The notes below the pieces were generated by a model. That model ran no database searches. It had not been told where the DNA came from and saw only the letters and a list, made by a program, of their open reading frames with translations. This document shows positions 1 to 12,259 of a DNA stretch of 64,000 nucleotides, in pieces (position 1 is the stretch's first letter; the number at the start of each line of letters is the position of its first letter). Position numbers and translations under genes: made by a program. This DNA is from Camelus ferus (taxonomy: Eukaryota), in contig NC_045696.1 of assembly GCF_009834535.1 (NCBI RefSeq), positions 52,702,001 to 52,766,000 of the forward strand, written 5' to 3'.

Positions 1-949
1 TGTGGCCAGCCCCCATGTCATTTTGGTTTATCAGCTGGTCATCTATCACTTTCATAGTATCTCTGAGTTAAAAGAAATGTTAGAAGTCACCTTGTCTAGG
101 CATCATTTATTTATGCATTAGGAAATATTTATTAAGTACCTACTAGCAACTAAAAGATACAGACTGAAAATCTATATGTATCACATATGATTGTCTCCTC
201 TATAGGATGCATTAACTCCTCTTCATGACATCCTTGTTCAGTTGGAGATCAGCCGTCCCTGAAGTAGCTCCAACATTTTGTGTGTTGTTGCTATTCATTG
301 ACAAGCCTCCTTAAACAAGAGAAAGCAGGGTAACCTCACTTCAAAGGGTAGTAGGGCCCAACCAAAACTTTGCTTCCCCCTCATCATTCAAAAAGTCAGA
401 TGCAGAATCCTTGAAATCCAAGTCCAACACTTGAAAATCTGAACAGTTCATTTAGTGAACTCTTTTCACCTTTGTCTTCTTGTCTTGAGCCCTGTCTGAC
501 TTCACTGTGCCTGGCCATTCTCCCTGATCCTCCAGAGATGTGAGCTGAATACCAAGTTGGGATATTTGTAACCCAATGAGTTTCAGTCTCTTGTTGCCAC
601 AAGAAATATTCCCAAACCTCTTAATGTGTTTCAGAACACTTTCCCTCCTTCATCAGTGAAGCCTCATCAGCTTGGTTTAGTTCCATTTGCACAGAAAAAT
701 CAAGCTTTGGAATAAATCTACAGTGTTAAAACAAAGTTCCTACATTTGTAAGATGCTTTGAAATATCTCAAGAAAAACATTTCTTGAGGCTTTCAGCATT
801 TGGCATTGGCAAGAATTTAGGTATTAAGAGTTCCCACAAAATAAAAATTAAAATGGCATGCAAATATATAGATATACACACAAAACCTAAACTATGGAAT
901 TTTAAGGATTTTTGAGATTTCTAGAATGGTCAGTTGTCACTTAGAACTG

Positions 950-1308
950 TGATACCACTCTTACATGGAATCTTAAAAAAAAAGACACAAATGAACTTAT
1001 TTACACAACAGAAACAGACCCACAGACATAGGAAACAAACTTGTGGTTACCGGGGGGTAAGAGGGTGGGAAGCGATTAACTGGGAGTTCAAGATTTGCAT
1101 ATACTAACTACTATATATAAAATAGATAAACAACAACATCCTACTGTATAGCACAGGGAACTATATTCAACATCTTGTAACCTATAATGAAAAAGAGTAT
1201 GAAAACAAATATATGTATGTATATGTATGACTGAAACATTCTGTACACTAGAAATTGACACAACATTGTAAACTGACTACACTTCCATAAAATAATAATA
1301 ATAATAAT
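950..1308 (+). mobile_element. 5'-truncated LINE-1 3' end (artiodactyl/camelid-type 3'UTR) with (AAT)n tail
   Basis: gtatagcacagggaactatattcaa...cattgtaaactgactacacttc followed by an A-rich tail; homologous to the reverse-strand copies at 24.4, 58.3 and 62.3 kb. Confidence 0.85.
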
Positions 1309-3429
1309 TATAAGAAATTGAACACTAAACTAACTAAAAATGTGCTACTAAAATCAAAACATACTAGATTATGCCTTTTGATAAGAATATTCTTAAACCA
1401 TGATTTAAGATTCTCCTAATATTCCCTCACTGTCAGGGTCCAGAAACTCAGAGCCAAGGGTAAGTCAGCCTTGGATAAACAGATTGTCTGGCCTAGGCCA
1501 CCAATCTGTCCAACATTTGTGACCTATAAAGATTCTTCCTGCAAGCATCTCTGCTTACGCCAACTGTTTATATGCACAGTGGAAACTTCCAAAGCTTCTG
1601 TTCCCAGGTTTGCTTTGCTTATACAACTAACTGTTACTGTACTGGGACATTGCTTTTTCCTTTTTTTCTTTCTTCCTTTTTCCCTTTCTTCCTTTCTTCC
1701 TTTCAGAGCCAAGAAAGGCTCAATTAACCCATATCTTTGATCAAGGATAGAGGTTGAAGCACAAGACCTGAAGGTTATAGCATTTACACTTTGCACAGTG
1801 TCTTGATGATGGAGCAAAGACTCAGGGTTGGCTACTATAGGTGGAGATTCAGAAAGGGTCTGATGGAAGAGCATGAGAAGGAGATCACACATATGCTTCA
1901 AATCACTCTGAAGAAATGGAAGAAAATATAAATAATCTAAGACAAAGGAGGGGAAGCTCTCTACAGGTATTCTGAATTAAACGTGGCCCCTCAGAAATAT
2001 TTGCAGTGTCCTAAGTTAGTAGATTGCTGTTTCTTACAGAGAAGATATAATCAGGAAAGATCTCAATCACCAGAGACCTCTCCTTTGAGAATAATTTGCA
2101 ACTAGGTGCCATATTGTATGTCAGAAGCCCTTTTCTCATCCTGTTTTATATGCTAAGTGCCTGTTTCCAGGAAACTACACAACTAACTTATATTTCCTGA
2201 ACCCCTACTGTGGACCTAACTCTGTTACTAACACGTACCATGGGACATATTGTGATGGGAAGGGGAATATAAACCCCACCATCAACAAGGGGAAAGAAGA
2301 CTGATGTTTAAGAAATACATATGAACTAAAGAATAACACGCATGAAAACAAAACAAGGAAGTCTGTAATTAAAGGATATGGGTGCTGTAAGAGATTAGTG
2401 AGGGGTCACTGGAGGAGGCAGAGGAGCATGAGGGCTTTAAGGGTGGGGAAGGCAGGAGAGTGTTTAAGATGAGGAGAAAAGACAGTATTCTAGCTAAGTG
2501 GGACGACCCAGGCTTGTGGGGCCTTGAGGGGACCATCCTGAAGAAAGTGAGTGTTCGATGGTAAGAGATAGGGGCAAAATAGGAGTGCAGATGAGGCTTA
2601 GCCAAAAAAAAAAAATTAGCCTGCTGTGGTAAGAAATTTGTGCCTTTAGCAGATTTTGACTAAGGGAGTGACATAATGAGAGAGGTCTTTATGGTACGTA
2701 CTTGGTATTTGTGCAGGATTGCATGGGGAGACTGGAGACAGGAAGGCAAGGTAAGTGGTTATTTTTAACAAAATAAGAATGAACAAATAAAGCCTTGAAC
2801 TAGGGAGTTTACAACTGGCATTGAAATGTAAAGCTAATTACAGAACTTTTGACAAAAATGGAGCATTCTCAGTGCCTATGGGACATGAAGAAAAGTCTCT
2901 GGATACATGTGCTCTGCAGCCCTTCTCATTTCTCTGACCAAGTGATGTGTGGTATGGGCAGTATGACAAGCAAGTCATAAAGCAGTCCTGGTTTTAGGCA
3001 ATTACTACCAGTCCTGCTGCAGATCTATTTGCTTTTCATTTTCATTGCCCTGGTTCTTGGAGTGCTAGCTCTCTAGCCCACCCTTATTTTCTACTTCTGA
3101 CCCCTTCAGGTGGACCTTATCAAGTATTCCCCCTTGGCCTCTGAGATGGGGGATCCCTAGCCACTGGGCTCTCAGGCCTGCCCTCCTCTCTAGTCTCAGA
3201 CATCACCTCTAGCATGGAACTCCTACATCATTCCATTTCAAACCCAATGAACTCTACAAGCCATGCCAATCCCCCCAGTTTGCTCTGTGATAGGTAGAGA
3301 AATGAAATATGATTGTAAGAGTTCCAGCTTAGATAGTGGAGTGGAAGTCCCCTTGGCAGAATGAACACACTTGAAAGGAAGAGCTGGTTTGATAAGGAAG
3401 GCAATGGTTTTAATTTCCATTGTGATCAG

Positions 3430-3960
3430 TATGAATGAGGCATCCAGAAAGAAATGCCTAATGGAAGATTTGGAAGTGGCGGGAGAGAGACCAGGTGCAA
3501 GTGACTCAGAGCATGGCTGAAAGCTTAGTCATTTTCCTGGGCTTCAGTCGAGGGGGAGTTTGAAAGCGAAGCATTGAAGGGAGGGTTTACGCACCCTTCA
3601 ATGGCAGAAGATACTTCATTAAAAGAAACAGAAAGATCAACTAGGAAAAGAACTAGCATAGAGAATCAGAGAAGCCGGTCAGGAGAAATCTTCAAAACAG
3701 AATGGTGAACGCTAGTAAAGCAGAGTGATAAGACAGATGAGAATAGAGAATAGACCACTGAATGTAGGATGACCATCAGTAACCTCCCGGTGAACAACTT
3801 AGTAGAGTGATGAGGATGAAAGCCAGTTTGCAGGGGTTTAGGAGGTACTGAGGTGGAGAAATGCAGACAGTTGGCAGAAACCACACATTTAAAAATTGGG
3901 GCACTGAATAAAAGAAGTGAGACTGTAGCAAAAGGGTGCTATTTTTCAAGCTAGGGAGAG
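3430..3960 (-). mobile_element. LINE-2 relic (further fragments likely at about 2250-2820)
   Basis: Purine-rich reversed L2 pattern: agtagagtgatgaggatgaaagccagtttgcaggggtttaggagg. Confidence 0.55.
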
Positions 3961-5424
3961 ACCTGTGTTAAGCAGAGGGAAGAATTGAGAAGGGTAGGTG
4001 GAAAGGCTAAAGGGGGAAATAAATGTTCACATTAGTGAGAGGATGGGTTCAAATTAGATTTCAAGAGGGTTCCTTGTGGAAAAATAATATCCCTTTGAAA
4101 TAGAAAGGAGAAAGAAATGGATGAGAGGTTTGTTGAATTGGGATGGTATGTTTAGGAGATCTTGCCCAAATTTTGAACCCCCTTCCCTTTTTTTTCTCAG
4201 TGAAGAACTTTGGTCAGCTGCTCAGAGTGAAAACGGAGAAACAAACACCTTCAGGGGAGTTTACTAAGCAGCAAAAGCAGCACATTCCCAAGCGGGTTAT
4301 GGATCACCTAGAGGGGCTTTTAAAAATGAAGGCTTCCAGTGGCAAGACCTCTTTTACAAGCTCCTCACATGATACTTATGCCTGCGAATGCAGGAGCCAG
4401 GGCCTTATTGGGAAGTGCAGCCATCCTGAAAATACTGTCTAATTGAGGAAACTAGTAAGAAGCTCCAATGTCTCTCATCCTGTGGCCATTTTAATCTTCA
4501 CGCCCCTCCCAGTGCCCTCTTCACGAGGTATATTTCTGTGAGAAAGAGAGTAAAACTCATGCCAGCATAAACGTGCAAGAGCTTGTGGTTAGATCCATAA
4601 TATCTGGGAAAGCATTAAGATATGCCTGTAACCAAAAAGGAAACCTCAATACTGATCACGTGCTGACGTGAAGTTTACAAGTTGATGTAAACCACTTATT
4701 TTTTCCACTTACTTTTCTTCCAGTCCATTAAGAGTTTGCTTCAGGAAGGCATCTGGGCGCCCCTTTCTTTCTTTGGGTCCCCTTTCTTTTCCCTTCCCCA
4801 CACCCACTTTCTCCCCTTTCGTCCCCCCCTCCCCCGCCCAGTTCCAACCTGGACCTCAGGCGGGACGTTAGATCTTTATGGTTCCGTGCATTGCACCGTG
4901 TTCTGTTCTAGAAGATCAGCTTTAGAAGCTTCAGAGATTTGGTCCCTAAAGCTTTCAAAAGCTGTACCTACAGAAGAGCAATTGACATTTGCTTGCTAGC
5001 CTTGACTACCTCTTGTAACCTAACTTTGATACATTGTTATGTATCAAAAATAGTCACTGTTTCTTAATCTAGCCTTACTCCTCATGAAGAGTAAAGGGGA
5101 AATAAAGAGTGTAGAAGAAACTAAAATCCAATTCTGCCACACTGGGATACCTTTTATTATTTGGGACTCATATATCGAGAAGCCCGCAATAGGGAAGCAT
5201 AGGCCTAAGTGATGGAGTTCGGTCAACTGTAGCACTGAGTTTCCTGCCAGGTGAAGGCTCAGTTCCTCTGTCTCTCCCTCTCTCCTGCTCACATACACAC
5301 ACACAGAGGCATACTCACAAAAGAGCTGTTGTTTTATTTTGTTTGAAAAGTTAGGCTTGGTATTGAAAATTATCTAATTAGTTTTTAGTTTGTTTTATTG
5401 TTTGGGTTTTTTGGTTTGTTTGGC

Positions 5425-5469
5425 AAAAAAAAAATATATATATATGTATGTGTGTATATATATAAAAAA

Positions 5470-5501
<32 letters not shown>

Positions 5502-5530
5502 GTGTATATATATGTAAAATATATATATTA
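5425..5530. repeat. Compound (TA)n/(TG)n low-complexity tract
   Basis: Directly visible. Confidence 0.9.
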
Positions 5531-5799
5531 TTACCAGTTACCCAGGGTGAGAAGGAGTCCGCACTGAGTGCCACAGCATTGAATCAGACACTGTCAAGAG
5601 TAAACATATCCTAAGCTCATTTCATATGTAAATTGTGTATTTTTCTCTCCATTCCACTTTATTTACCAAAGCAGAAATGGAAGGTTTTAGTTTCTCTCTT
5701 TCCTTCTACCAGTATATGATATATTCAAAAGACCATAGTAATTTTCTCCATTTTTATCTGGCCTTGCTTTTTTTTAAGCACATGTACTCGGTACCCCCT

Positions 5800-6480
5800 C
5801 CCCTGCAGTGACCTCTTCATTTCCATTTCCAAAGTCCTTTTCTCAGTCTTCACTTAACATTTTAACCTAGTTGGACTCTGCTGGACACCCCTTTTTGGTA
5901 CCAATTCTCTCTTCTCTTGGTTCCTACTCTGGCCCCTTTCAATTCTTACTCCTTGTCTAGGCTAGCTTTCACTAGATCAACCTTCTAATTTTGTCTTCTA
6001 AATGCAGATATTCCCCAGAACAAGAGCTTAATCTTTCTGACCTTTTACCTCTAATTTTAATTAGAAATCTTCTCCACCTTTATAGCTTCAACTATCAACT
6101 TTCCATGAATATAACTCTCAGGTTATATTTCCTGTACAAAATGCTTCTTACTGGATATCGCTAGTTGGATTCCCCCTTCCAAATGTTTATAATTGAAAGT
6201 GAGCCATCACCTTTCTCTAAATCCATCTTTCCTTTTGAACTTCCCCCTTTCTGTTGATTCTTCCAGTCTCGGTGATGATTGTCTCATCTTAATTTCTAAA
6301 GTGCACATTAACTGTACTATGCATTTAATTCTGAATATATGCTAGTTTGTTACCTATGTAATCCTCTAATTTTATTTCTTGTTACCATGCATAAATCATA
6401 GATATTTTGAAGGCAACAACTGCATTTTTTACATCTCTGTATTTCTGATTACTACCCAGTGTTCAATAAATGATTTTTAA
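5800..6480 (+). mobile_element. LINE-2 relic
   Basis: gtgacctcttcatttcc...ttctcagtcttc ... tgttcaataaatga. Confidence 0.55.
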
Positions 6481-9440
6481 TGTTAAGATGTTTCAACTAA
6501 GTTGATAATATTTTGCATCTATCTCTCTCATTGTGATCATTTTTTTTAAGAGTTGACAAATTTTGATGAAAATTAGTAGATATGAAGATTTCATTATGGT
6601 TCAGACCACTATCTGAAGCAAGACGGCTGCTAATAAATTTACTGATAGGAGGTTTTCTCTAATATTACTAATAGTGGGTTCTGTACAATTTTATACATGT
6701 TTGCACTGAATGTGTCCTGCTATTAGGAGCCCTTGATAGAGCAAGTGACCAGTCAAAAACTTTATGAGGCAAGTTGAAGGATCTAGAGTCAGGTTAGGTT
6801 ATGCAGATACCCCAAGGAAAGGTAAGGGTGAGCTAAAAATCAAAAACTGGACATCTACACCCCATTTGGGAGAATACTTATGTCAGGGAGTATGTAGTTT
6901 CTTACTTTTTATTGACCAAAACATAATGCAGCTTTTCCATTGTCAAGAAAAAGATTTGAAGAATAGTTTCTGCTCTTACTTTGTGTTTTATGCCATTAGT
7001 TCACCAAGATAACTTCTGCTTCTTAAACTCCTATTTCTCCCAGGACAAGGCTTACAGATTCTTAGAATTAATGAGCTGGAAAGAACTTGACCATCTGGTT
7101 GAAACCTTTTGTTTAGAGATATGCAAGTTGCTTCCTCTGGGCCTTATCCCTGAAGTCCCGACTTTGTACTGGCCCTAGAGTTTGGTAATTCCATCCAAAT
7201 GGAAATGTTGCCATTATAGTATAAAATAACAGTTTTTGCCCTGTTCATGTTTAATATATTTTTCCCATGAAAAACTAGATTCACTTTTTACTTTTTAGAC
7301 ATTTTTCCCATAAAAAAAGATTGATTTCTCACTTTTCAGACACTTAACATTTGAAATTTTAAAATTAGCCCTGAAGAATAGTTTCCAAAATATACAGAAC
7401 GATAGTAGGGAGGAAATACCACTCTCCATTTCTCCCCTGTCGGTTCTTCCCTCTACCCCACATCTACTACATTTAAGCATGGATGCATTGCTTCCACAAT
7501 AAGAGAATCCTGCCACTCTTAAGGCTGGAAAACTCAGTTCAAAACTCATTAGTTTGAAGTGATTTGCTCTGATGTAAAATAGTCTATCTCTCATGTATTC
7601 ATTGTTTTAGTGTATCAGTTGGCCACTATCTGTACAAAGCAGAATGGGTGCTCAGAGCAAAGTACAAAGTCATTTGAACACTGACTGTTACATTCGTTTT
7701 TAGTATGACTTTAAGCAAGTCATATACTTGTCCACTTATCCACCTACAGTGGATGAAACAGTAAATTACAAGAGTTTATCTGAAAAGTTCTTCTCTAGAG
7801 AAAGACACTTAGGAAATATAAACTCTCCTTACTGAAGAGCCCAGCTCTTCCCAGGATGATCTGAGAAAATGACCACAAATCCAATACTACTTCAGCACAT
7901 CTCTCTCCTAGTCTTTTTTTTTTTTTTTTTTTTTTAAGCCCTGTTTTATTTGAATACTACGTTCTGGAGTCAAAAGAGTGCTTCAGCAAAATCTGCCTTC
8001 CTGGGGGCAAAAGCAGTCTCACACAGTCACACACTCTCAGAAAGGCAGATACTGCTGAACGCTGACTGGACAGAAGATGGTTTTCTTTTTCCTCCAGCAA
8101 AAAATTGCTCAAATTACTTGAGGAAGAGACACAATATGATGTTTATTCCTGTTTACAGATGTTTAACCACTGCCCCTTCAGAGGGTCATGTGTCTACAAA
8201 CAGCATCATGGTAATTATATCCATTGCTGCAAAGAACAGATGTGGAAATTGGTGGTTTCTTGGGGGAAAATAATACCAAGTCCACTTTCCAGAAATGCAT
8301 ACAGTGCAACACAGCTGTACCATTCTGTGCTTACATTTAAAGAATATGGGAGTTCAGTGGTTCCTTATTTTAAAAGCCTGTGTTACCTTAGATGTAACAA
8401 AAAGAATGAGATGAAATAATTTCTACTAATGAATTTATTGTATTAAAAATACTTGCTTTTCCTCAGGATGTAAATTTATGTGAATATATGGAAATCAATA
8501 TTATCCTTGAAAATTAAAACAAAGCAACACTAACCAAACAAGCTAAGCTTATTGTCTTGAAAGAGTTTATTGAACAGGTCTGTATTCCAAGTATATATAT
8601 AGCACTATAAACTTCACTACCTTTTCTCTGTATAAATGTTCTTTTCCTCTTAAACTGTGTCAAATATTGTGTGCAGAACCCTGTACAGAGATCCAGTATG
8701 TGCCTACAGGATGAGATTTCTCCTGGACCAAGGCTATCTGTGCCTTCACATGTTCCAAAACTTTACAGAAGACAATACACATCCTATAACTTAGTCATTG
8801 TGATAAAATAGTGGAAGTTAATTTGTGTTTACATTGCATATAATAGTATGCAATGACATTATGCCTAATTTGGGAATTTTGCTTCTGGGGCAAAGAAAAA
8901 AAATGTAATCTTCTTTTTCCAGGCTATGCTTTTCTGCTTTTCATGATTCCACACAAACTTCCCAGCAGCACCAAACCCACTGTCTATGATTGAAATGTAA
9001 CAGAGGAGCAATCTAGTCTGCTAATCTGGGTCTTTCAGGCCCAGAATGGAAGGATAATAAAGAGACCTCCAAGTGCCTTTGGCCAGAGCAGGCCTTTTGA
9101 CACTCCTGATCTAATTCAGCTCTCTACTTTGTCCCGATTTCAGCCTGCTCATTGTCTGTGGCCTAGGGACTCAAAGGAAAACACAGGAGGTGAGGAGGTC
9201 TAGCACCCACTCTATCACTGGTTATCTCACTCTCCAGGTCTTGGTTTCCATGGCTACGAAAGGTCATGGTGTGATGATCTCTTCCCGGTCTCACGTCTTG
9301 GGTTGATCATGTCTGTGCATTTTGGAATTTGAGAAAGGGATTCTTGGTCATATGTGTGGGATAGCCCCAATTATCTCCAAACTCAGGAGGCAGTGGGGTA
9401 AAAATAGAAGATTCTGACGGTTGCTTGACATAGACATTCT

Positions 9441-9552
9441 CTTCTCTTTTCTTTTCTTTTCTTTTCTTTTCTTTTCTTTTCTTTTCTTTCCTTTCCTTTC
9501 CTTTCCTTTCCTTTTCTTTTCTTTCCTTTCTTTTCTTCCTTTTCTTTCTTTT
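9441..9552. repeat. Compound (TTTTC)n/(TTTCC)n polypyrimidine microsatellite
   Basis: Directly visible. Confidence 0.95.
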
Positions 9553-10620
9553 GATATAGACAGTTTCAATAAAATCAAGGAAGCTCTTTGGAAAACAGGA
9601 ACAGGAATGTGCCTCAGTTTATCATCCTCATTGTGGTCTAAACCCACTAGGATGCTTATTAAAATGCATTTCAGGCCCTCTGCAGCCCTACGCCAGACTT
9701 CCTCGGTCAGCATCATAGGAGGCAGGGCCATGAATCTGATTTACACAAGCACCCTAGTGGTAAATACATACACTGAGGTTGGAAAGCCTTCATCTAGGTG
9801 AATGAGAACTTTTTCTGCCAGTCTGTAATTTGATTGGGAGAAAGTCATTAGTCTATGCTAAATTTCAGTTTTGTAATAATGGAAACTTTATCTGTCTTTC
9901 CCATTTCCAAGAAAGTGTTAGTATCATAATAGGACAGCCTCTTAGAAAACAGATTCTTTTAAGGGCAAGCAATTTCTCAGCTACAAATGGCTTGCTTTTA
10001 AAAAGTAAATAAACTTGAAACTTAAAAATGTTTTTTGCCAGAGAAACAACATAAAATGGTGTTAATGTTTCCAGAGCTGCCTATAAAATTAGGCTGATCC
10101 AAAATGTAGTGGAATTTTTACATTTGCAGTGAAAACGTAGGAGAAAACAGTATCATTATTCAGTCTGGGGAAGTAACAGAACCAGTTCTTTATATCTAAT
10201 TTCACACACACCTCCCCTAAAACTTCCCTTTTCTGATCTATAGCTGTTATGTCAGCCCTATTCAACAGTAGTCAGAATGGACATTATAGCACAATTCCTG
10301 TTTATTAGGTAACTTTGGGTCATGATAGGATTCTCAAAAGGAATGAAAAGACGGATTGATAAAAAGGAAATTTCCCATGCTGATTCGGCAAAAGTTTGAA
10401 GAAATGCCATTGTGGGGAGGTGAAGTCAGGGCAAGGGGAAGACAGAGAATAAAGGAGAGGAGATTAGAGAGGAAATGAGCGGTTTATGTGATGGTTTAGG
10501 TGATGACCTGAGTGGAAGTGTAGGAGAGGTGAGTTGCTTAGGTCTAAGGAGAAGATGTATGGTCACCCCCGAGGCAGAAGAAAGGAACACTGGGTAAGAG
10601 ATTTTATCAGTTACCCATAG

Positions 10621-10639
10621 TTTCCACCAGATGGCGCAA
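10621..10639 (+). promoter_or_regulatory. CTCF-binding motif (candidate)
   Basis: CCACCAGATGGCGC at 10624-10637 fits the CTCF core CCASYAGRKGGCRS with the CpG retained. Confidence 0.6.
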
Positions 10640-10710
10640 TTGATCCCAGGGCCTCTTGCTTCCTGGTCAGTTTATCAGGAAAAGGGGAGAAGAATTATGT
10701 GCGTCACTTA

Positions 10711-11242
10711 TGTCAACTGAAATAAAATAACACAACGTGAGAGTTGTGGGTTAAGTTTTATCTGGGGCAAAATGAGGACGATAGCCCAGGAGACAGTATC
10801 CTAGAAAGCTCTGAGAAACTGTTCCAAAGAGGCAGGGGGAGAACTCAGTATTATATATGATTTCAGTGAAGGGGGTACATTCAGCAAAGCACACGATTTC
10901 AGTGAAGGGGGTACATTCAGCCAGGCACACATTTAGGCAGAGGCTTGCTGCTAGTCACAAGGAGCAGATGTCACCGTTAATGATTTTAGTGCTTTTCTAG
11001 ATGTGAAGAGACACAAGAATTGGGCTCACAAAATCTTCTCCTGAAAATATCTATCTGAAGGCCTATTCAGCCAGTTTTCCCAGAATATAGAGCTCCTCAT
11101 TCCTGACCTCCATCCTGAACTCTTTTCGGGGAGTGTTGGAGGTCAGCGGCTCATTATTTAATCTGAGCAAAGGTAGATGGCAAGTACCAACGTGATCCAA
11201 CCCTTGTAGAGGCAGATGGCTAGTGCCAATTTTTAGTTAGCA
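10711..11242 (-). mobile_element. Solo ERV1 LTR, MER41-like
   Basis: TG...CA termini (TGTCAACT...AGTTAGCA), near-perfect 4-bp TSD ctta/cttg, TATA-like and poly(A)-like signals on the minus strand; resembles cetartiodactyl MER41-like LTRs as I recall them. Confidence 0.8.
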
Positions 11243-11249
11243 CTTGGTA

Positions 11250-11420
11250 ATTCATTCATTTATTCCACAAATACTGAGTGCCCACTATGTCTCATGAACT
11301 ATGCTAGGAACGGATGTTGAAATGGCCAATCCGACAAAGTCCCTCAGTTAACTTACAGTTGGGTAGAGATCCAAACAGGCACAAAAATGGCTCTAGAATA
11401 TTAGTTAATATTCTTCTTAC
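11250..11420 (-). mobile_element. LINE-2 3' end
   Basis: ttcattcatttattccacaaatactgagtgcccactatgt. Confidence 0.6.
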
Positions 11421-12259
11421 AAGGGGATGTACAGGCTTTCCCCTCTGGTGACCTGCCTCAAGGTCAACCTAGACAAAACTAAAGACAGACAAAGCCAGTA
11501 CTTTTTCTCCACGAACCCGCCCACAGCTGGGTGACTGCCTCCCAGCTTCTCCTCCACCCTCTTGATCATTCATGATCCAGCCTTCAGTCGTCCCTCAAAT
11601 AAGAATGTACTAGCCTCTGGCCTCTTGCCTTCAAAGTGTTTATTTTGGCTAGGTGACCGGTATTAATTTGATTAACCAAGAGGGGAGATGTTACAAAACT
11701 CCTCTCCTCTGCTGTCATACGCAGTTTAGGTGGGTTTGTTGGGTTTTGGTGTTTTGGGTTTTTTTGTTTGTTTGTTTGCTTCTTTTCACAGTGCTTCCCA
11801 AGCCTAGTAACATTTAACTTTTTTTGGTGACCTCTGACATTCTTAGAAAAGCTATGGACATTCAACAGTACAATAATCATATACTTGAACTACAAGGCAT
11901 ACTACTTCAGATTCAGGGACATCCTGAAGCCTGTTCCTAGACCATCTCAGGCATTTTTTAAAACATCTATCTCTTTCTATGTATCTATCATCTCATTCCA
12001 AAAAACTGACACAAATGTGGGAGCTTGTGGGACATGTTGGGGAGCAGAGGAAAGGTTTTAAGCAAACTTTAAAATTTTTTCCTAAGCAGGATTGGTTCTG
12101 ATTGGTGTCTCTCTCCTGTTTCTGTCCAGTGCATACAACTGACAGCTAGGTCTCTCTTCCCCAAGTCACTCAGCCTTTGTTTCCCGGCCCCCTCCCCCAG
12201 CATTCTGACTCGGGTTTCCATCCCAAGGTCCCTCTTCCGACTCATTTTCTGCCTCCTTT

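Noticed and set aside
5025..5048. 10-bp inverted repeat tttgatacat/atgtatcaaa
   Set aside because: AT-rich and short enough to arise by chance in 64 kb
9348..9801. Lys/Arg-rich and Phe/Ser-rich ORFs (also 60026-60312)
   Set aside because: Translations of pyrimidine microsatellites
10859..10930. 36-bp direct repeats as a CRISPR-like array
   Set aside because: Two adjacent copies with no spacer, inside a mammalian LTR; a simple tandem duplication
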